Below are positions 1 to 9,508 of a stretch of 64,000 nt of DNA, piece by piece (position 1 is the stretch's first letter; the number at the start of each line of letters is the position of its first letter). A program made the translations under genes and the position numbers. Under the pieces are notes generated by a model. It ran no database searches. It saw nothing but the letters and a program-made list of their open reading frames with translations, and was not told the DNA's origin. Source of the DNA: Candidatus Falkowbacteria bacterium (GTDB lineage: Bacteria; Patescibacteriota; Patescibacteriia; JACRDY01); assembly GCA_016218485.1 (NCBI GenBank), contig JACRDY010000059.1:11529-75528 (forward strand). Reading direction: 5' to 3'.

Positions 1-894
1 AATGGCGAAATTATTTCCGCGGATAGCCGGCAGGTGTATCGGGGGATGGATGTGGGGACGGGCAAAGATTTATTAGCATATACGGTGACACTGCCTAAGA
101 AAAAATCCAAAATCCAAAGTTCCAAATCCCAAAAAATTCAGGTACATCTGATTGATGTAGTCAGCCCGCGGACGGATTTCACCGTGGCTGATTACCAAGC
201 GAAGGCGTACCGCGCTATTCGTCAGATTTTAGCCCGTGGTCATCTGCCGATTATTGTTGGCGGCAGCGGGCTGTACGTCAGCGCCGTGACCGAGGGGTAC
301 CAATTACATAAAATCAAAAGTTCAAAATCCAAAGTCAAAAAAGTCCGCCGGGGGTTAGACGGTGTATCGTTACCTCAGCTGCTGGCGCGCTTACAGCGTT
401 TTGATCCAGAGACGTTTGCTAAGATCAATCACCGCAATCGGCGGCACGTGCAGCGGGCGTTGGAGATTTATTATTTGACGGGCCGGCCGAAGTCAATTAT
501 TGAGGCTCAGCAGAAGCCGCAGTGGGATTTTTTGAAGATCGGTTTAAGTATTCCCAAAATAGAACTCCACCGTCGTATTGATGAACGGCTGACGCAACGG
601 CTCGAGCGCGAGGGGATGGCGGCAGAAGTGGCGCGGCTGCACCGGGAAGGCATCAGCTGGCGCCGGCTGGAGAGTTTTGGTTTAGAATACCAGTGGCTGG
701 CGCGGCTGCTGCAAAACAAGATTGATTACCCGACGATGCGCTCCGGTTTGTCGCGCGATATTAAACACTTCGTCAAGCGACAGCTGACCTGGTGGCGGCG
801 GGATAAGGAAATTATGTGGCTGGGTGATTACCGTTCGGTTGAAAAGAGGGTTAGGGAGTTTTTGACACAAAACATTAAAACATTAAAACACTAG
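1..894 (+). CDS. miaA: tRNA dimethylallyltransferase (MiaA), 5' end cut by the window edge
   Basis: Frame is open from nt 1 (NGEIISADSRQVYRGMDVGTGK, the MiaA N-terminal consensus); 286-aa ORF; the C-terminus reads into the palindrome at 870-950. Confidence 0.88.
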   Translation, partial: NGEIISADSRQVYRGMDVGTGKDLLAYTVTLPKKKSKIQSSKSQKIQVHLIDVVSPRTDFTVADYQAKAYRAIRQILARGHLPIIVGGSGLYVSAVTEGYQLHKIKSSKSKVKKVRRGLDGVSLPQLLARLQRFDPETFAKINHRNRRHVQRALEIYYLTGRPKSIIEAQQKPQWDFLKIGLSIPKIELHRRIDERLTQRLEREGMAAEVARLHREGISWRRLESFGLEYQWLARLLQNKIDYPTMRSGLSRDIKHFVKRQLTWWRRDKEIMWLGDYRSVEKRVREFLTQNIKTLKH

Positions 895-952
895 AACATT
901 AAAACAACAGCGTGTTTTAATGTTCTAGTGTTTTAATGTTTTAATGAGTAGT
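868..952. terminator. Near-perfect inverted repeat (~35-bp arms, aacattaaaacattaaaacactagaacattaaaac / rc) between convergent miaA and gatB; candidate bidirectional terminator
   Basis: Read directly. Both convergent ORFs end ...KTLKH because the two arms are mirror images. Confidence 0.6.
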
Positions 953-2439
953 TTTTGCACCATTTCCGGGTTGGCCTTGCCTTTGGTTTCTTTCATCACT
1001 TGGCCGACGAAGAACTGGAGGACGTTGGTTTTGCCGGACCGGTACTTGGCCACGTTATCGGGGTTTTCCGCGATGACGCGGGTAATGATTTTGGCTATCT
1101 CCGCCGAGTCGTCCAGTTGAGCCAAGTCTTCTTGGTTCATAATGTCGCTCGGATCGCTGCCGCGCTCAAACATCATGCGGAGGATTTTTTGGGCGGCGGT
1201 GGAGTTGACCTTATTTTGGTAGACCAGGGTAATAAACTCGGCGAAGTTTTCCGGAGTGATTTTCAGCTCAGCCATACTGGCGTTGGCTTCGTTGATGAGC
1301 TTGAATAGCTCGCTCGTCAGCCAGCCGCCGAGGAGTTTAATCAGTTTTTTCTTATTTTTATCCCAAATTTCTTCCGGATTGCCCTCGACGGTTTCGAGTG
1401 AGACCAGCCAGGCCTGGAGCTCGGAGATGGTGTTTTCGGTGAAGCTGGCGAGCGGAGCGTCCGCGGTCAGGAGCCGGGCGTCTTCGGCAGTGAATCCGTA
1501 CTCGGTTTCAAAGCGAGCGCGTTTGGCGATCGGCAGCTCCGGCAGCTGGGCCTGGAGTTTTTCGTAGTGAGTCTGGTCGCATGTCAGGGGCGGGAGATCC
1601 GGCTCCGGGAAGTAGCGGTAGTCGTGACTGGATTCTTTGGTGCGCTGACTGACGGTCGCCTGTTTTTTCTCGTCCCAGCCGCGGGTTTCCTGAGTTACTT
1701 TTTCCCCTGTGTCCAGGAGCTGGCCCTGCCGTTCGATTTCATAGTCAATGGATCGTTCCACCACGCGGAAGGAGTTGAGGTTTTTGATTTCCACTTTGGT
1801 GCCAAACTCTTTTTGCTGGTCCGGCCGCAGGGAAATATTGACCTCGCAGCGCATCTGGCCTTTTTCCATATCAGCGTCCGCGATACCGAGTGTGCGCACG
1901 ATCAGCTGGAGCTCTTGGCAGAAGGTTTTGGCTTCCCAGCCGTTTGTCATGTCAGCCTCGCTGACCAGCTCAAGGAGCGGCGCGCCGGAGCGGTTGAGGT
2001 CTACGAGCGTGACGCCCTGGCCGCGTCCCGCTGCCGCGGGCAGGCCCTGGCTGTCATGTTTGAGGCTGCCAGTGTCTTCTTCCAGGTGAATATGATTAAT
2101 GCGGATTTTCCGTCCACCGACTGCAATATCGCCGCCGACGATCGGCGGGTGGTTGGCGGAAGTGATCTGGTAGCCTTTGGGTAAGTCAGGATAAAAATAG
2201 TTTTTGCGCTCAAACCTGAATTCCGGCTGGATCGCTCCGTTGACAGCCAGGCCCAGGAGCGCGGTCCACTCCACGGCTTGCCGGTTGATCACCGGCAGAG
2301 CGCCGGGCTGGGCGGTACAGATCGGGCAGATGTTGGTGTTTGGTGGCGCGAGCTCGGTGTTGGCGCAACCACAAAACATCTTGGACTTGGTGTTCAGGTG
2401 CAGGTGGATTTCCATGCCGATGGTTGGGAGGTATTTCAT
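925..2439 (-). CDS. gatB: Asp/Glu-tRNA(Asn/Gln) amidotransferase subunit B
   Basis: 504 aa; N-terminus MKYLPTIGMEIHLHLNTKSKMFCGC and overall GatB architecture. Confidence 0.9.
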   Translation of the reverse strand: MKYLPTIGMEIHLHLNTKSKMFCGCANTELAPPNTNICPICTAQPGALPVINRQAVEWTALLGLAVNGAIQPEFRFERKNYFYPDLPKGYQITSANHPPIVGGDIAVGGRKIRINHIHLEEDTGSLKHDSQGLPAAAGRGQGVTLVDLNRSGAPLLELVSEADMTNGWEAKTFCQELQLIVRTLGIADADMEKGQMRCEVNISLRPDQQKEFGTKVEIKNLNSFRVVERSIDYEIERQGQLLDTGEKVTQETRGWDEKKQATVSQRTKESSHDYRYFPEPDLPPLTCDQTHYEKLQAQLPELPIAKRARFETEYGFTAEDARLLTADAPLASFTENTISELQAWLVSLETVEGNPEEIWDKNKKKLIKLLGGWLTSELFKLINEANASMAELKITPENFAEFITLVYQNKVNSTAAQKILRMMFERGSDPSDIMNQEDLAQLDDSAEIAKIITRVIAENPDNVAKYRSGKTNVLQFFVGQVMKETKGKANPEMVQKLLIKTLKH

Positions 2440-2477
2440 AGTAACTACGAATAATTCCTACGAATGACAAATAAGTA

Positions 2478-2512
2478 AACAGAAATTGGAAATTAGATAT
2501 TGGAAATTAAAG
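2478..2512. repeat. agatattggaaatt-type AT-rich repeat module (copy 1 of 3)
   Basis: Shares gaaattggaaattagatattggaaatt with 8070-8100 and 62412-62445. Confidence 0.6.
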
Positions 2513-2544
2513 ACACGGCTTATCCGGGGCTAATCAGTAGGAAC

Positions 2545-2835
2545 GGAGAATACCCCGCCGTAACTCCCCCTGCCAAGGGGGAGACGCCTCCGTTGCTGAG
2601 GTCTCTGCCCCGCCCCGCATTGTGCGGGGGGCGGAGCCGAAGCTTACGGAGGCGAGAGGGGGTGGGAGCGAAAACCCCACCCTGTCCCTCCCCTTACTTC
2701 GGTCGCCTGCGGCGAACCTTGTAAGGGGAGGAGACTGTCGAGCAACTTTTGGGTAGAGACAAAAGACTCCGGCAACCCCTCCTGTCCTCCCCCAACGCAT
2801 GAGGGAGAGACCGTCGAGCACGCTTGGTTGATACA
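2545..2835. repeat. GC-rich mosaic palindromic repeat cluster (modules ccccgcattgtgcgggg; ccccaccctgtccctcccctt; cctcctgtcctcccc)
   Basis: Modules recur at 4985-5085, 12790-13200, 19840-20400, 32385-32520 and 39640-39830. Confidence 0.75.
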
Positions 2836-2990
2836 TTCGTAGTCATAGTATTTTATCAGGAAAAGAGGAAAAAGAGAAGTGAAAATGTTGACAAATTTTT
2901 AAAAAGCAGTATGTTATATTGATGTCCTCTGGTAGGTCATTATGTAACAACACACGCCCAGAAGCGTGTAGAAAGGTACAGGGCTAGACC

Positions 2991-3614
2991 ATGAAGCTGC
3001 GTTATGTCACGTTGTTAGTGATCGTGATTGTGGTGGCGGTGTTTTGGACGTTCTACCGTCTGGGGTATACTCCCAGCGAGGTGCTTGCCGAAGCCTTCTA
3101 CGGTTCGCCCGGGCAGGTCGCCGAGGCAGAGGCGAGCGAAACACTGACTGGCACGAATAAGGGTGCCGTCACCGCGCAGTTGGCGGAACCGGATCCGGCT
3201 CGTGGGGTTCCGGAGTACCAGAAGCAGGGCTTCACTTCGGCGTTCAGGTGCGTTGACACGGATGGGGAGAATTTCCTCGTCGTGGAGAATGCCTTGGACT
3301 TCCCGGGTATTTTTACCGGACAGTTCGCGAAGGTTACCGCGGCCTTTGTGCTCCATGATTTCAACGATCGGAAGGTCGTGTTGGTCATTGATCCGGACTC
3401 TTTCCGGAACAACTTGGGGAGTTGGCTGAAGGACGCGGAAGCGGCGGAGGGCCGTGAAGGACCGACGGTCAAAGTGTACCGTCAAGCCTACGACGAACTG
3501 ATGAACGGGCTTGACGGTTTGCGTTTCGGCGAGACCTACTACCTGGAGGAAAAAGGGTTTACGCCCGAGAACGCTGACGGGTTCGCGATCGCCAGGTTCA
3601 CCACCATACCCTAG
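2991..3614 (+). CDS. hypothetical protein with an N-terminal membrane anchor
   Basis: 207-aa ORF; hydrophobic N-terminus LLVIVIVVAVFWTFY; GC-richer than neighbours; followed by a strong intrinsic terminator; no family recognised. Confidence 0.55.
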   Translation: MKLRYVTLLVIVIVVAVFWTFYRLGYTPSEVLAEAFYGSPGQVAEAEASETLTGTNKGAVTAQLAEPDPARGVPEYQKQGFTSAFRCVDTDGENFLVVENALDFPGIFTGQFAKVTAAFVLHDFNDRKVVLVIDPDSFRNNLGSWLKDAEAAEGREGPTVKVYRQAYDELMNGLDGLRFGETYYLEEKGFTPENADGFAIARFTTIP

Positions 3615-3635
3615 CGGGCATGAGCAACATTCAAG

Positions 3636-3670
3636 ACGCCCCGATGTCAGCATCGGGGCGTTTTCACTTT
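3636..3670. terminator. Rho-independent terminator (cgccccgatg-loop-catcggggcg + T-run), bidirectional between convergent genes
   Basis: Perfect 10-bp stem and flanking T tract read directly. Confidence 0.75.
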
Positions 3671-3679
3671 TTTCAGCAA

Positions 3680-4270
3680 CTATTTTTTTAACAACGGTTC
3701 CACGATTTTCCAGATATCGTCAGCCACTCGCTCTGGCGGTTGGTTGGCATGAATAATGTGCCAGCCGTGTTTTTTTGCCAAATCAAGATGGATCTGCCTG
3801 ACTTTTTGGATCAGTGCCTCATTGGTTTCGTGGGCATGGCTCTGTTCAATGGCTTCGGTAAATCGCTGGCCATCCAGGAGAATGGCAATATCCTCGGGTC
3901 GGATGAATGAATAAAAATGTTCCAGCAGGTCCAGATCTATTCCCGCGCCGGCGCCCCAGGCTAGCGCCGTACCGAAATAGTCCTCGGCTACGACATCATG
4001 TCCGGCTTGGAGCAAGCCACCGAGCTGTGGCTCAAATGATATACGGTCAATGTAGTGGAGGAGTTGCAGTTCTCGGGGAGAAAAATTCTGGGGGTTGCCT
4101 TGACGAAGGTACGAGTTAATCAGCGGGCCGGCCGGAGCCAATTCATAGATCGGGTATTTGACATATTCCGCGGTACGGCCAAGCGAGGTTAATTTTTCAG
4201 TCAGCAATTTTGCCTGCGTGCTTTTGCCGAGGTTATTAATACCATAAATGACGATAAATTTTCCGGGCAT
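3680..4270 (-). CDS. thymidylate kinase-like P-loop kinase
   Basis: 196 aa; GINNLGKSTQ P-loop with Tmk-like layout; sits in the thymidylate-synthesis cluster. Confidence 0.65.
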   Translation of the reverse strand: MPGKFIVIYGINNLGKSTQAKLLTEKLTSLGRTAEYVKYPIYELAPAGPLINSYLRQGNPQNFSPRELQLLHYIDRISFEPQLGGLLQAGHDVVAEDYFGTALAWGAGAGIDLDLLEHFYSFIRPEDIAILLDGQRFTEAIEQSHAHETNEALIQKVRQIHLDLAKKHGWHIIHANQPPERVADDIWKIVEPLLKK

Positions 4271-4343
4271 AGGTGGTTAGTGAGTAGTGAGGAGGGGGTA
4301 GGAGCCCCGCCTTCACGTTGGGACTTCGGCGCGGCCAGGGAAG

Positions 4344-4862
4344 TTAAGGTTTGAGAACCTGGTATCTCAATTGAATAGCATCCTCGGTCAGTTTTTGGAT
4401 ATCCAGCAGTCGCAGGGTCATATCAAGGTTTTGCCCTTCAGTGAATCTAATGCCTTGGCCGAAAATTTTTGGCTCAATCGTCAGGAGCAGTTCATCCACC
4501 AAGCCGGCGGCCAAGAATTGCGCGTTGGTTTTAGCGCCGCCGCCGAGAATCGCTGCAGGGAACCCTTTGGCTTCCAGGGCGTGAATGGTTTGCTCCGGGC
4601 TGCCTTTAAAAAATTCCAACACTCCCGGCTGCGTCTGACTAGCGAATTTTTCCGGTTCAGAGGTTAAAATAAAATTAAGCCGTCCGGGCAGTGGACGGTT
4701 AATCGTGGCATACGTTGAGCGGCCAAAAATAACCACGCCGGCTTTCTTGGTCTCGTCGGTGAATGACTGCTTGTCGGCGCTGCTGGTCCAGTCCGTCAGG
4801 TGCTCGCTGTCCAGGGCGATAATGCCGTCGGCGCTCATGGCCATCATTAGGGTAAGTTTCAT
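4344..4862 (-). CDS. dihydrofolate reductase family protein (RibD C-terminal/DHFR-like)
   Basis: 172 aa; MKLTLMMAMSADGIIA...FILTS...ILGGG pattern of the DHFR/RibD-C family; adjacent to thyA. Confidence 0.75.
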   Translation of the reverse strand: MKLTLMMAMSADGIIALDSEHLTDWTSSADKQSFTDETKKAGVVIFGRSTYATINRPLPGRLNFILTSEPEKFASQTQPGVLEFFKGSPEQTIHALEAKGFPAAILGGGAKTNAQFLAAGLVDELLLTIEPKIFGQGIRFTEGQNLDMTLRLLDIQKLTEDAIQLRYQVLKP

Positions 4863-4984
4863 AATTTTATTTCACCTATCACGTTTATTCTTTGTAATAC
4901 CCCGTCAGCTTGCTGCGGGGTTACCATATAATCCCGAGTCCAGAGCTTGCTCTGGGGTTCAATACCTTTTATTGAGTATTAATC

Positions 4985-5085
4985 GTTTTACTCCCACCCC
5001 CACCGCCTCCGTAAGCTTCGGCTCCGCCCCGCTGTAGCGGGGCGGGCCTCAGCAACGGAGGCGACTCCCCCTCGGGCAGGGGGAG
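4985..5085. repeat. GC-rich mosaic repeat (inverted relative to the 2560-2670 copy)
   Basis: cgcctccgtaagcttcggctccgccccgc...cctcagcaacggaggcg is the reverse complement of modules at 2585-2660. Confidence 0.7.
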
Positions 5086-5087
5086 AT

Positions 5088-5960
5088 TTAAATCGCGATG
5101 GGGAATTTAATGGTGGGGTAGCTGGCATAGCCGACTAGTTCGGTATCGGTGTACTGCCAGTCAAAAATATTGGTGAAGTTTTTCGTTTCAATCTTCGGCA
5201 GCGGGTAGGTGCTGGGATCGCGCGACAGCTGTTCATGAGCGCCTTCAACATGATTTACAAAAAGGTGAATGTCAGCTAAAAAGCCGATCAGCCGGCCTTC
5301 GGCAAAGCCACTCTCTTTAGCCAAGAGGTGCAGGAGGAGGGCGTAGCTGGCGATGTTAAACGGCAGACCGAGCATGATATCAACTGAGCGCTGATTCCAG
5401 AGCAGGTTGAGCCGGCCGTTGACGACGGTAACCTGGTACGCCCAGTGACAGGGTGGCAGCGCCATCTGATCCATCATCAGCGGATTCCAGGCGCAGACGA
5501 TCATCCGGCGATCATTGGGATTGGTTTTTAACATCTCCACCATATTTTTCAGCTGATCGCAGCCTTGGTCGGTATAGTTAGTGTCATAGTTATGGTACGG
5601 CGCGTTAAAGTGTCGCCACTGAAAGCCATAGATCGCTCCGAGGTCGCGCTCTTCCGTCATTCTTTTTTTTGATGGTTCGTCATGCCCGTAGGGCGCTTTT
5701 TTGGGGTTAGCCCACTCATCCCAGATGTGGTTATTGTGGTCCAGTAGCCATTGCTTGTCAGTAATACCCTTGATGAAAAATTCCAATTCTGAAGCGATGA
5801 GACGGAGTGGCACCTTCTTGGTTGTCAGCAGGGGATAGCCATTGGCCATGTCGTGCTCAAACATCCCACCGGCAATGGTGTAGGCGTCAGTACCCTGGCG
5901 GGTTTGTTTGATCTGACCCTCGTCGAGCGTTTTTTTAACCAAATCTAAGTATTGTTTCAT
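5088..5960 (-). CDS. thyA: thymidylate synthase
   Basis: 290 aa; KQTRQGTDAYTIAGGMFEHDM, LLTTKKV and other ThyA signatures. Confidence 0.92.
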   Translation of the reverse strand: MKQYLDLVKKTLDEGQIKQTRQGTDAYTIAGGMFEHDMANGYPLLTTKKVPLRLIASELEFFIKGITDKQWLLDHNNHIWDEWANPKKAPYGHDEPSKKRMTEERDLGAIYGFQWRHFNAPYHNYDTNYTDQGCDQLKNMVEMLKTNPNDRRMIVCAWNPLMMDQMALPPCHWAYQVTVVNGRLNLLWNQRSVDIMLGLPFNIASYALLLHLLAKESGFAEGRLIGFLADIHLFVNHVEGAHEQLSRDPSTYPLPKIETKNFTNIFDWQYTDTELVGYASYPTIKFPIAI

Positions 5961-5970
5961 AACAACGCAA

Positions 5971-6396
5971 TTATTTCCTGCCCGTGGAGCCGAATTGGCC
6001 AGTGCCGCGCCGCGCTTCGCTCAATTCAGCCGTCTCCGTTAGCTCGGCCAGCGCCACCGGGAAAATGACGAGCTGGGCGATCTTGTCGCCGGTTTCAATA
6101 GTGTAGGCTTCGCTGCCCAGATTGATCAGCTGCACATTATACTCGCCGCGGTAGCCGGCATCATAGACCCCGCCCATGGTGTGCAGGCCCGCGTTTTTGG
6201 GCAGGCTGCTCTTGTCTTTGACCATCGCGGCATAGCCACTGTTAAACTCTAGGGCAAAACCCAGATTAAAAATCCGACGTTCACCGACTCGCAGCGTATA
6301 CTGTTCTCGTGAGTACAGATCTAGACCGACATCGCCCGGGTGGGCGTAGGAGGGGAGTTTTACATCGGGGATGAGTTTTTTGATCAAGACCTTCAT
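5971..6396 (-). CDS. dut: dUTP diphosphatase
   Basis: GDVGLDLY and C-terminal RGTGQFGSTG motif; the ATG at 6396 (MKVLIKKL) is preferred over the TTG at 6417. Confidence 0.88.
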   Translation of the reverse strand: MKVLIKKLIPDVKLPSYAHPGDVGLDLYSREQYTLRVGERRIFNLGFALEFNSGYAAMVKDKSSLPKNAGLHTMGGVYDAGYRGEYNVQLINLGSEAYTIETGDKIAQLVIFPVALAELTETAELSEARRGTGQFGSTGRK

Positions 6397-6417
6397 GGAA
6401 ATAAGTTCAAAGTTCAA

Positions 6418-6560
6418 AAGTTATAAAGTTGAAAGTTCAAAGTCCAAAATCCCAAGTTCAAAGTTCAAATCAAGTTCAAAGTTTTAAGTTCAAATGCCAA
6501 ATCAGCGCATTGTTTGAACTTTGTCATTAGGTATTGATTTGAACTTTGGATTTTGAACTT
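6418..6560. repeat. AT-rich palindromic repeat (gttcaaagt arrays; caaagttcaaaatccaaatgacaaatcaa / rc)
   Basis: Same element at 14325-14450 and 45398-45525. Confidence 0.75.
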
Positions 6561-7126
6561 TAGTTATTTTTTGCTTTAATAGTTTTCAGAATGTCCTCAA
6601 TCTGCTGGTGCAGCTGTTCAATCGTGCCGTTGTTGTTAATCGTGAAGTTGGCAGTCTGGCCGGTTTCCAGGATGTGGATTTCCGCTTCGGCTCGTTCATC
6701 CTGCTGGAATTGTTCAAAGGTTTTACTGGTATCATCAACGTTTTCTCCGCGTTTGATGATTCGTTCGTAGCGAATTGGTTGATCAGCGGTTAGGTAAATG
6801 AGGGAGAAGCCGGCGAACCGTCGCAGGTATTTGATGTCCGGTTCACGGCGGACGCCGTCAACGGCGATCAGTTCGGCCGAATCTTTATTGACGTCTTCGG
6901 CAATCACCCGCGCCAGCGTGTCTTGGCCAAAATTTTTACGCAATGTTTGCGACATGTGCTGCATATTATCGCGGACGATCGGCAGGTACAAGCGGCCGAG
7001 GATATCGCGCAGTATGCCGGAAAACCGGTATGACGGCGCGCCGTATTTCTCCTTGAGATACTGGCAGGCGGTGCCTTTGCCACTGGAGATTTCGCCGACA
7101 AAGCCGAGGATGATTTTATTGGCCAT
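6560..7126 (-). CDS. P-loop nucleotide kinase (dNMP-kinase-like)
   Basis: 188 aa; GFVGEISSGKGT P-loop at the N-terminus; embedded in the thymidylate cluster; family assignment tentative. Confidence 0.55.
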   Translation of the reverse strand: MANKIILGFVGEISSGKGTACQYLKEKYGAPSYRFSGILRDILGRLYLPIVRDNMQHMSQTLRKNFGQDTLARVIAEDVNKDSAELIAVDGVRREPDIKYLRRFAGFSLIYLTADQPIRYERIIKRGENVDDTSKTFEQFQQDERAEAEIHILETGQTANFTINNNGTIEQLHQQIEDILKTIKAKNN

Positions 7127-7175
7127 AGTAGCAAGTTAGAAAGTTATAAAGTTGAAAGTTTAGTTTTTTTAACTT
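7127..7175. repeat. agttataaagttgaaagtt palindromic repeat family
   Basis: Related copies at 9142-9180, 9550-9615, 10420-10490 and 10960-11045. Confidence 0.65.
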
Positions 7176-7381
7176 TTCTGCTGGGGGGGTTCCGTTCATA
7201 GCCCTTTGGGCTTGAGTGGATTAGCTCATGAAGACGAGCTGACGATTCCCCTCAACTCCACGCTATATTTTCATCACTACGCACTATTGATAATATTTAA
7301 TCATGTGCTATAGTTTAAATAGAAATGTCAATTTTATACCCCAACAAATCCATCTCTTTTCTAGGCGGGTTTGTTTTTTAG

Positions 7382-7936
7382 TTACTGATTAGCGTAGTGT
7401 TCCATTTCATCATTCAAGAGGACATATTCAACACCCGCCAATTTGAGAATTTCTTTGGAGCGGCCGGCGGCGTGGTAGTCTTTTTCCACCACCACCCGTT
7501 TGATCCCGCAGTTGATGAGCATTTTGGCGCAGGTGTAGCAGGGGAACATTAGGCAGTAGATGGTGGCGCCATCCAGCGCCACGCCGAGTTTAGCCGCCTG
7601 GGTCATGGCATTCTGTTCGGCGTGCGAGGTGCGGATGCAGTGTTGGCTGGTGCTGCCATCGGGGTTGTTGACGGTGTGCATCTCATGACCGACTTCGTCG
7701 CAGTGTAGGCAGCCTTTGGGCGAGCCGACATAGCCGGTGACCAGAATATGTCGGTCGCGCGAGACGCAGCAGCCGGTACGGCCGCGGTCACAGGTACCGC
7801 GGGTGGCGGCGGCGCGGGCAATATTCAGGAAATATTGATCCCAGGTGGGGCGGACGTGGGCCGGAGCCGGTTCATTGGTTTGATTAGTTTGGTTTTGATT
7901 TTGTTCCTCCCAGGAGAGCTGGTTTGACTGGTCCAT
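7382..7936 (-). CDS. dCMP deaminase
   Basis: 184 aa; HAEQNA...PCYTCAK zinc-binding cytidine/deoxycytidylate deaminase motifs. Confidence 0.88.
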   Translation of the reverse strand: MDQSNQLSWEEQNQNQTNQTNEPAPAHVRPTWDQYFLNIARAAATRGTCDRGRTGCCVSRDRHILVTGYVGSPKGCLHCDEVGHEMHTVNNPDGSTSQHCIRTSHAEQNAMTQAAKLGVALDGATIYCLMFPCYTCAKMLINCGIKRVVVEKDYHAAGRSKEILKLAGVEYVLLNDEMEHYANQ

Positions 7937-8069
7937 ATGGCCGTGGTTAAGGAGTTAACAATTTCCTGTATTTTACCAGAGGGAGGAGTGGCAAGGCAAG
8001 AGGTCGGTTAATAACGCCCAAACTGACCTATAATCATTAGGGATAAGCCACATTCAGCAGAATAAAAAG

Positions 8070-8215
8070 GCAGATATTAGAAATTGGAAATTAGATATTG
8101 GGAATTGTCTAAAAGCAACGTTTTCGTTAACCAGGGTTTTAAAACCCTGGTTAACGGATGAGCAGAGTCTTTAATCAGGGTTTTCAAACCCTGGTTAACT
8201 TTCATTTTCCATTTC
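8070..8215. repeat. Composite element: agatattagaaattggaaattagatattgggaatt plus two copies of the perfect palindrome ttaaccagggttttaaaaccctggttaac
   Basis: Read directly; related composite at 62412-62532 and arm at 2478-2512; followed by a ccccgcattttgcgggg stem-loop at 8240-8285. Confidence 0.7.
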
Positions 8216-8346
8216 TGTCTTATTTCGTACATTCGCTTGCCTTCGCCGTAGCGGAGCCCCGCATTTTGCGGGGCTTCGCGCAGGCAAGGAACTCTAGGTC
8301 TCCATTGCCATGTATGATATTTTATATTAAACTCTAGGTAATTACT

Positions 8347-9141
8347 ATGGGTACGGCTAATATAAAAAATATTAAAGTAGCAGCGAAAGCCGGCGGGGAG
8401 GTACTCCGGCAGTATTTCGGTCAGGCTTTAAAAACTACCATTAAAACCGGTCCGGCGGATTTTGTGACCCAGGCGGATCTAGAGTCCGAGGCGGAAATTA
8501 TCAGAATTCTGGAAGCGGCGTTCCCGGACTACAATATTGACTCAGAAGAGCGCGGGCTGATTGATAAGGGTTCGGATTGGACATTTGTCATTGACCCGTT
8601 GGATGGTTCCAATAATTTTGTTTGTGGGATACCAAATTTTGCTGTTAGCATTGCTTTGTTAAAACAAAATACGTTGGAGGTTGGGGTTATTCAAGTGCCA
8701 TTATCCGGTCAGATTTATTGGGCGGCTCGGAATCAGGGTGCTTATGTCGGTGATTTGCCTAATCAGCCGCTCAGGGTGAGTGCGGCTCGGGAAATAAACT
8801 GTTCAACGATTGCCGTGGGTATGGGGTATGATGCTGTTCCTATGCGACAGACTATTTATAATCGGCTGGCCGCGATCCGTTTCCAGCGGGTATTGTCGGG
8901 CTGGTGTTCCACGCTGGAGCACGCGGTTTTGGCGGCGGGCAAGATTGAATTGGCGCTGCAGTACAAGGGCGAGCAGTATGATTTTTTGGCCGGGAAAATT
9001 ATTATGCGGGAAGCCGGTGCGATCATTACCGATTTGGCTGGCCAGCCGGAGAGCAGTGACTTGAACGGCAGTTTCATCGCCGGGAACAGCCGGGAGATGG
9101 TAGAGAAGTTTTTGGCGGGGATGGATTGGCAGGAATTATAG
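8347..9141 (+). CDS. inositol monophosphatase family protein (SuhB-like)
   Basis: 264 aa; DPLDGSNNF and WTFVIDPLDG IMPase motifs. Confidence 0.85.
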   Translation: MGTANIKNIKVAAKAGGEVLRQYFGQALKTTIKTGPADFVTQADLESEAEIIRILEAAFPDYNIDSEERGLIDKGSDWTFVIDPLDGSNNFVCGIPNFAVSIALLKQNTLEVGVIQVPLSGQIYWAARNQGAYVGDLPNQPLRVSAAREINCSTIAVGMGYDAVPMRQTIYNRLAAIRFQRVLSGWCSTLEHAVLAAGKIELALQYKGEQYDFLAGKIIMREAGAIITDLAGQPESSDLNGSFIAGNSREMVEKFLAGMDWQEL

Positions 9142-9163
9142 TTGAAAGTTATAAAGTTGAAAG

Positions 9164-9508
9164 TTATAAAGTTTTTATAAATCCAGAGATGAGTTTTGAT
9201 ATCTCAGTCGCCAGTTGAATGTACTGTGTGAATTGATCGTTGGGTATATATTTTAATTCTCGGCCAATATAGAGCATTGATCGTACTTCTCCACAGGATC
9301 CTTTGGCGATATAGAGGAAGGCGATGAATTCTTTATTCGTCCGGCGTTCAAACCCTTCAGCGATATTATTCATAATAGAGACTGAAGCTCTTTGAATTTG
9401 ATCACGGAATCCCCAGTCTTTATTATCTCTCATTGATGTGTATATGAGTAAGGATAATATTTGAGCTTTTTGCCAGGCAATAATATCTTCAAATCTTTTA
9501 ATAATCAT
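9164..9508 (-). CDS. four-helix-bundle protein (23S rRNA intervening-sequence protein family)
   Basis: 114 aa; AWQKA...ASVSIMNNIAEGFERRTNKEFIAFLYIAKGSCGEV matches family consensus; strongly AT-rich; flanked by agttataaagtt repeats. Confidence 0.8.
   Translation of the reverse strand: MIIKRFEDIIAWQKAQILSLLIYTSMRDNKDWGFRDQIQRASVSIMNNIAEGFERRTNKEFIAFLYIAKGSCGEVRSMLYIGRELKYIPNDQFTQYIQLATEISKLISGFIKTL

Noticed and set aside
2500-2836. ORFs of 74 and 100 aa inside the GC-rich mosaic repeat (and similar ORFs at 12761-12952, 19827-20490, 39636-39863)
   Set aside because: They lie entirely within dispersed palindromic repeats and have no RBS. Their shared peptides (GSPxxTEVRGGTGWG) simply reflect repeat copies.
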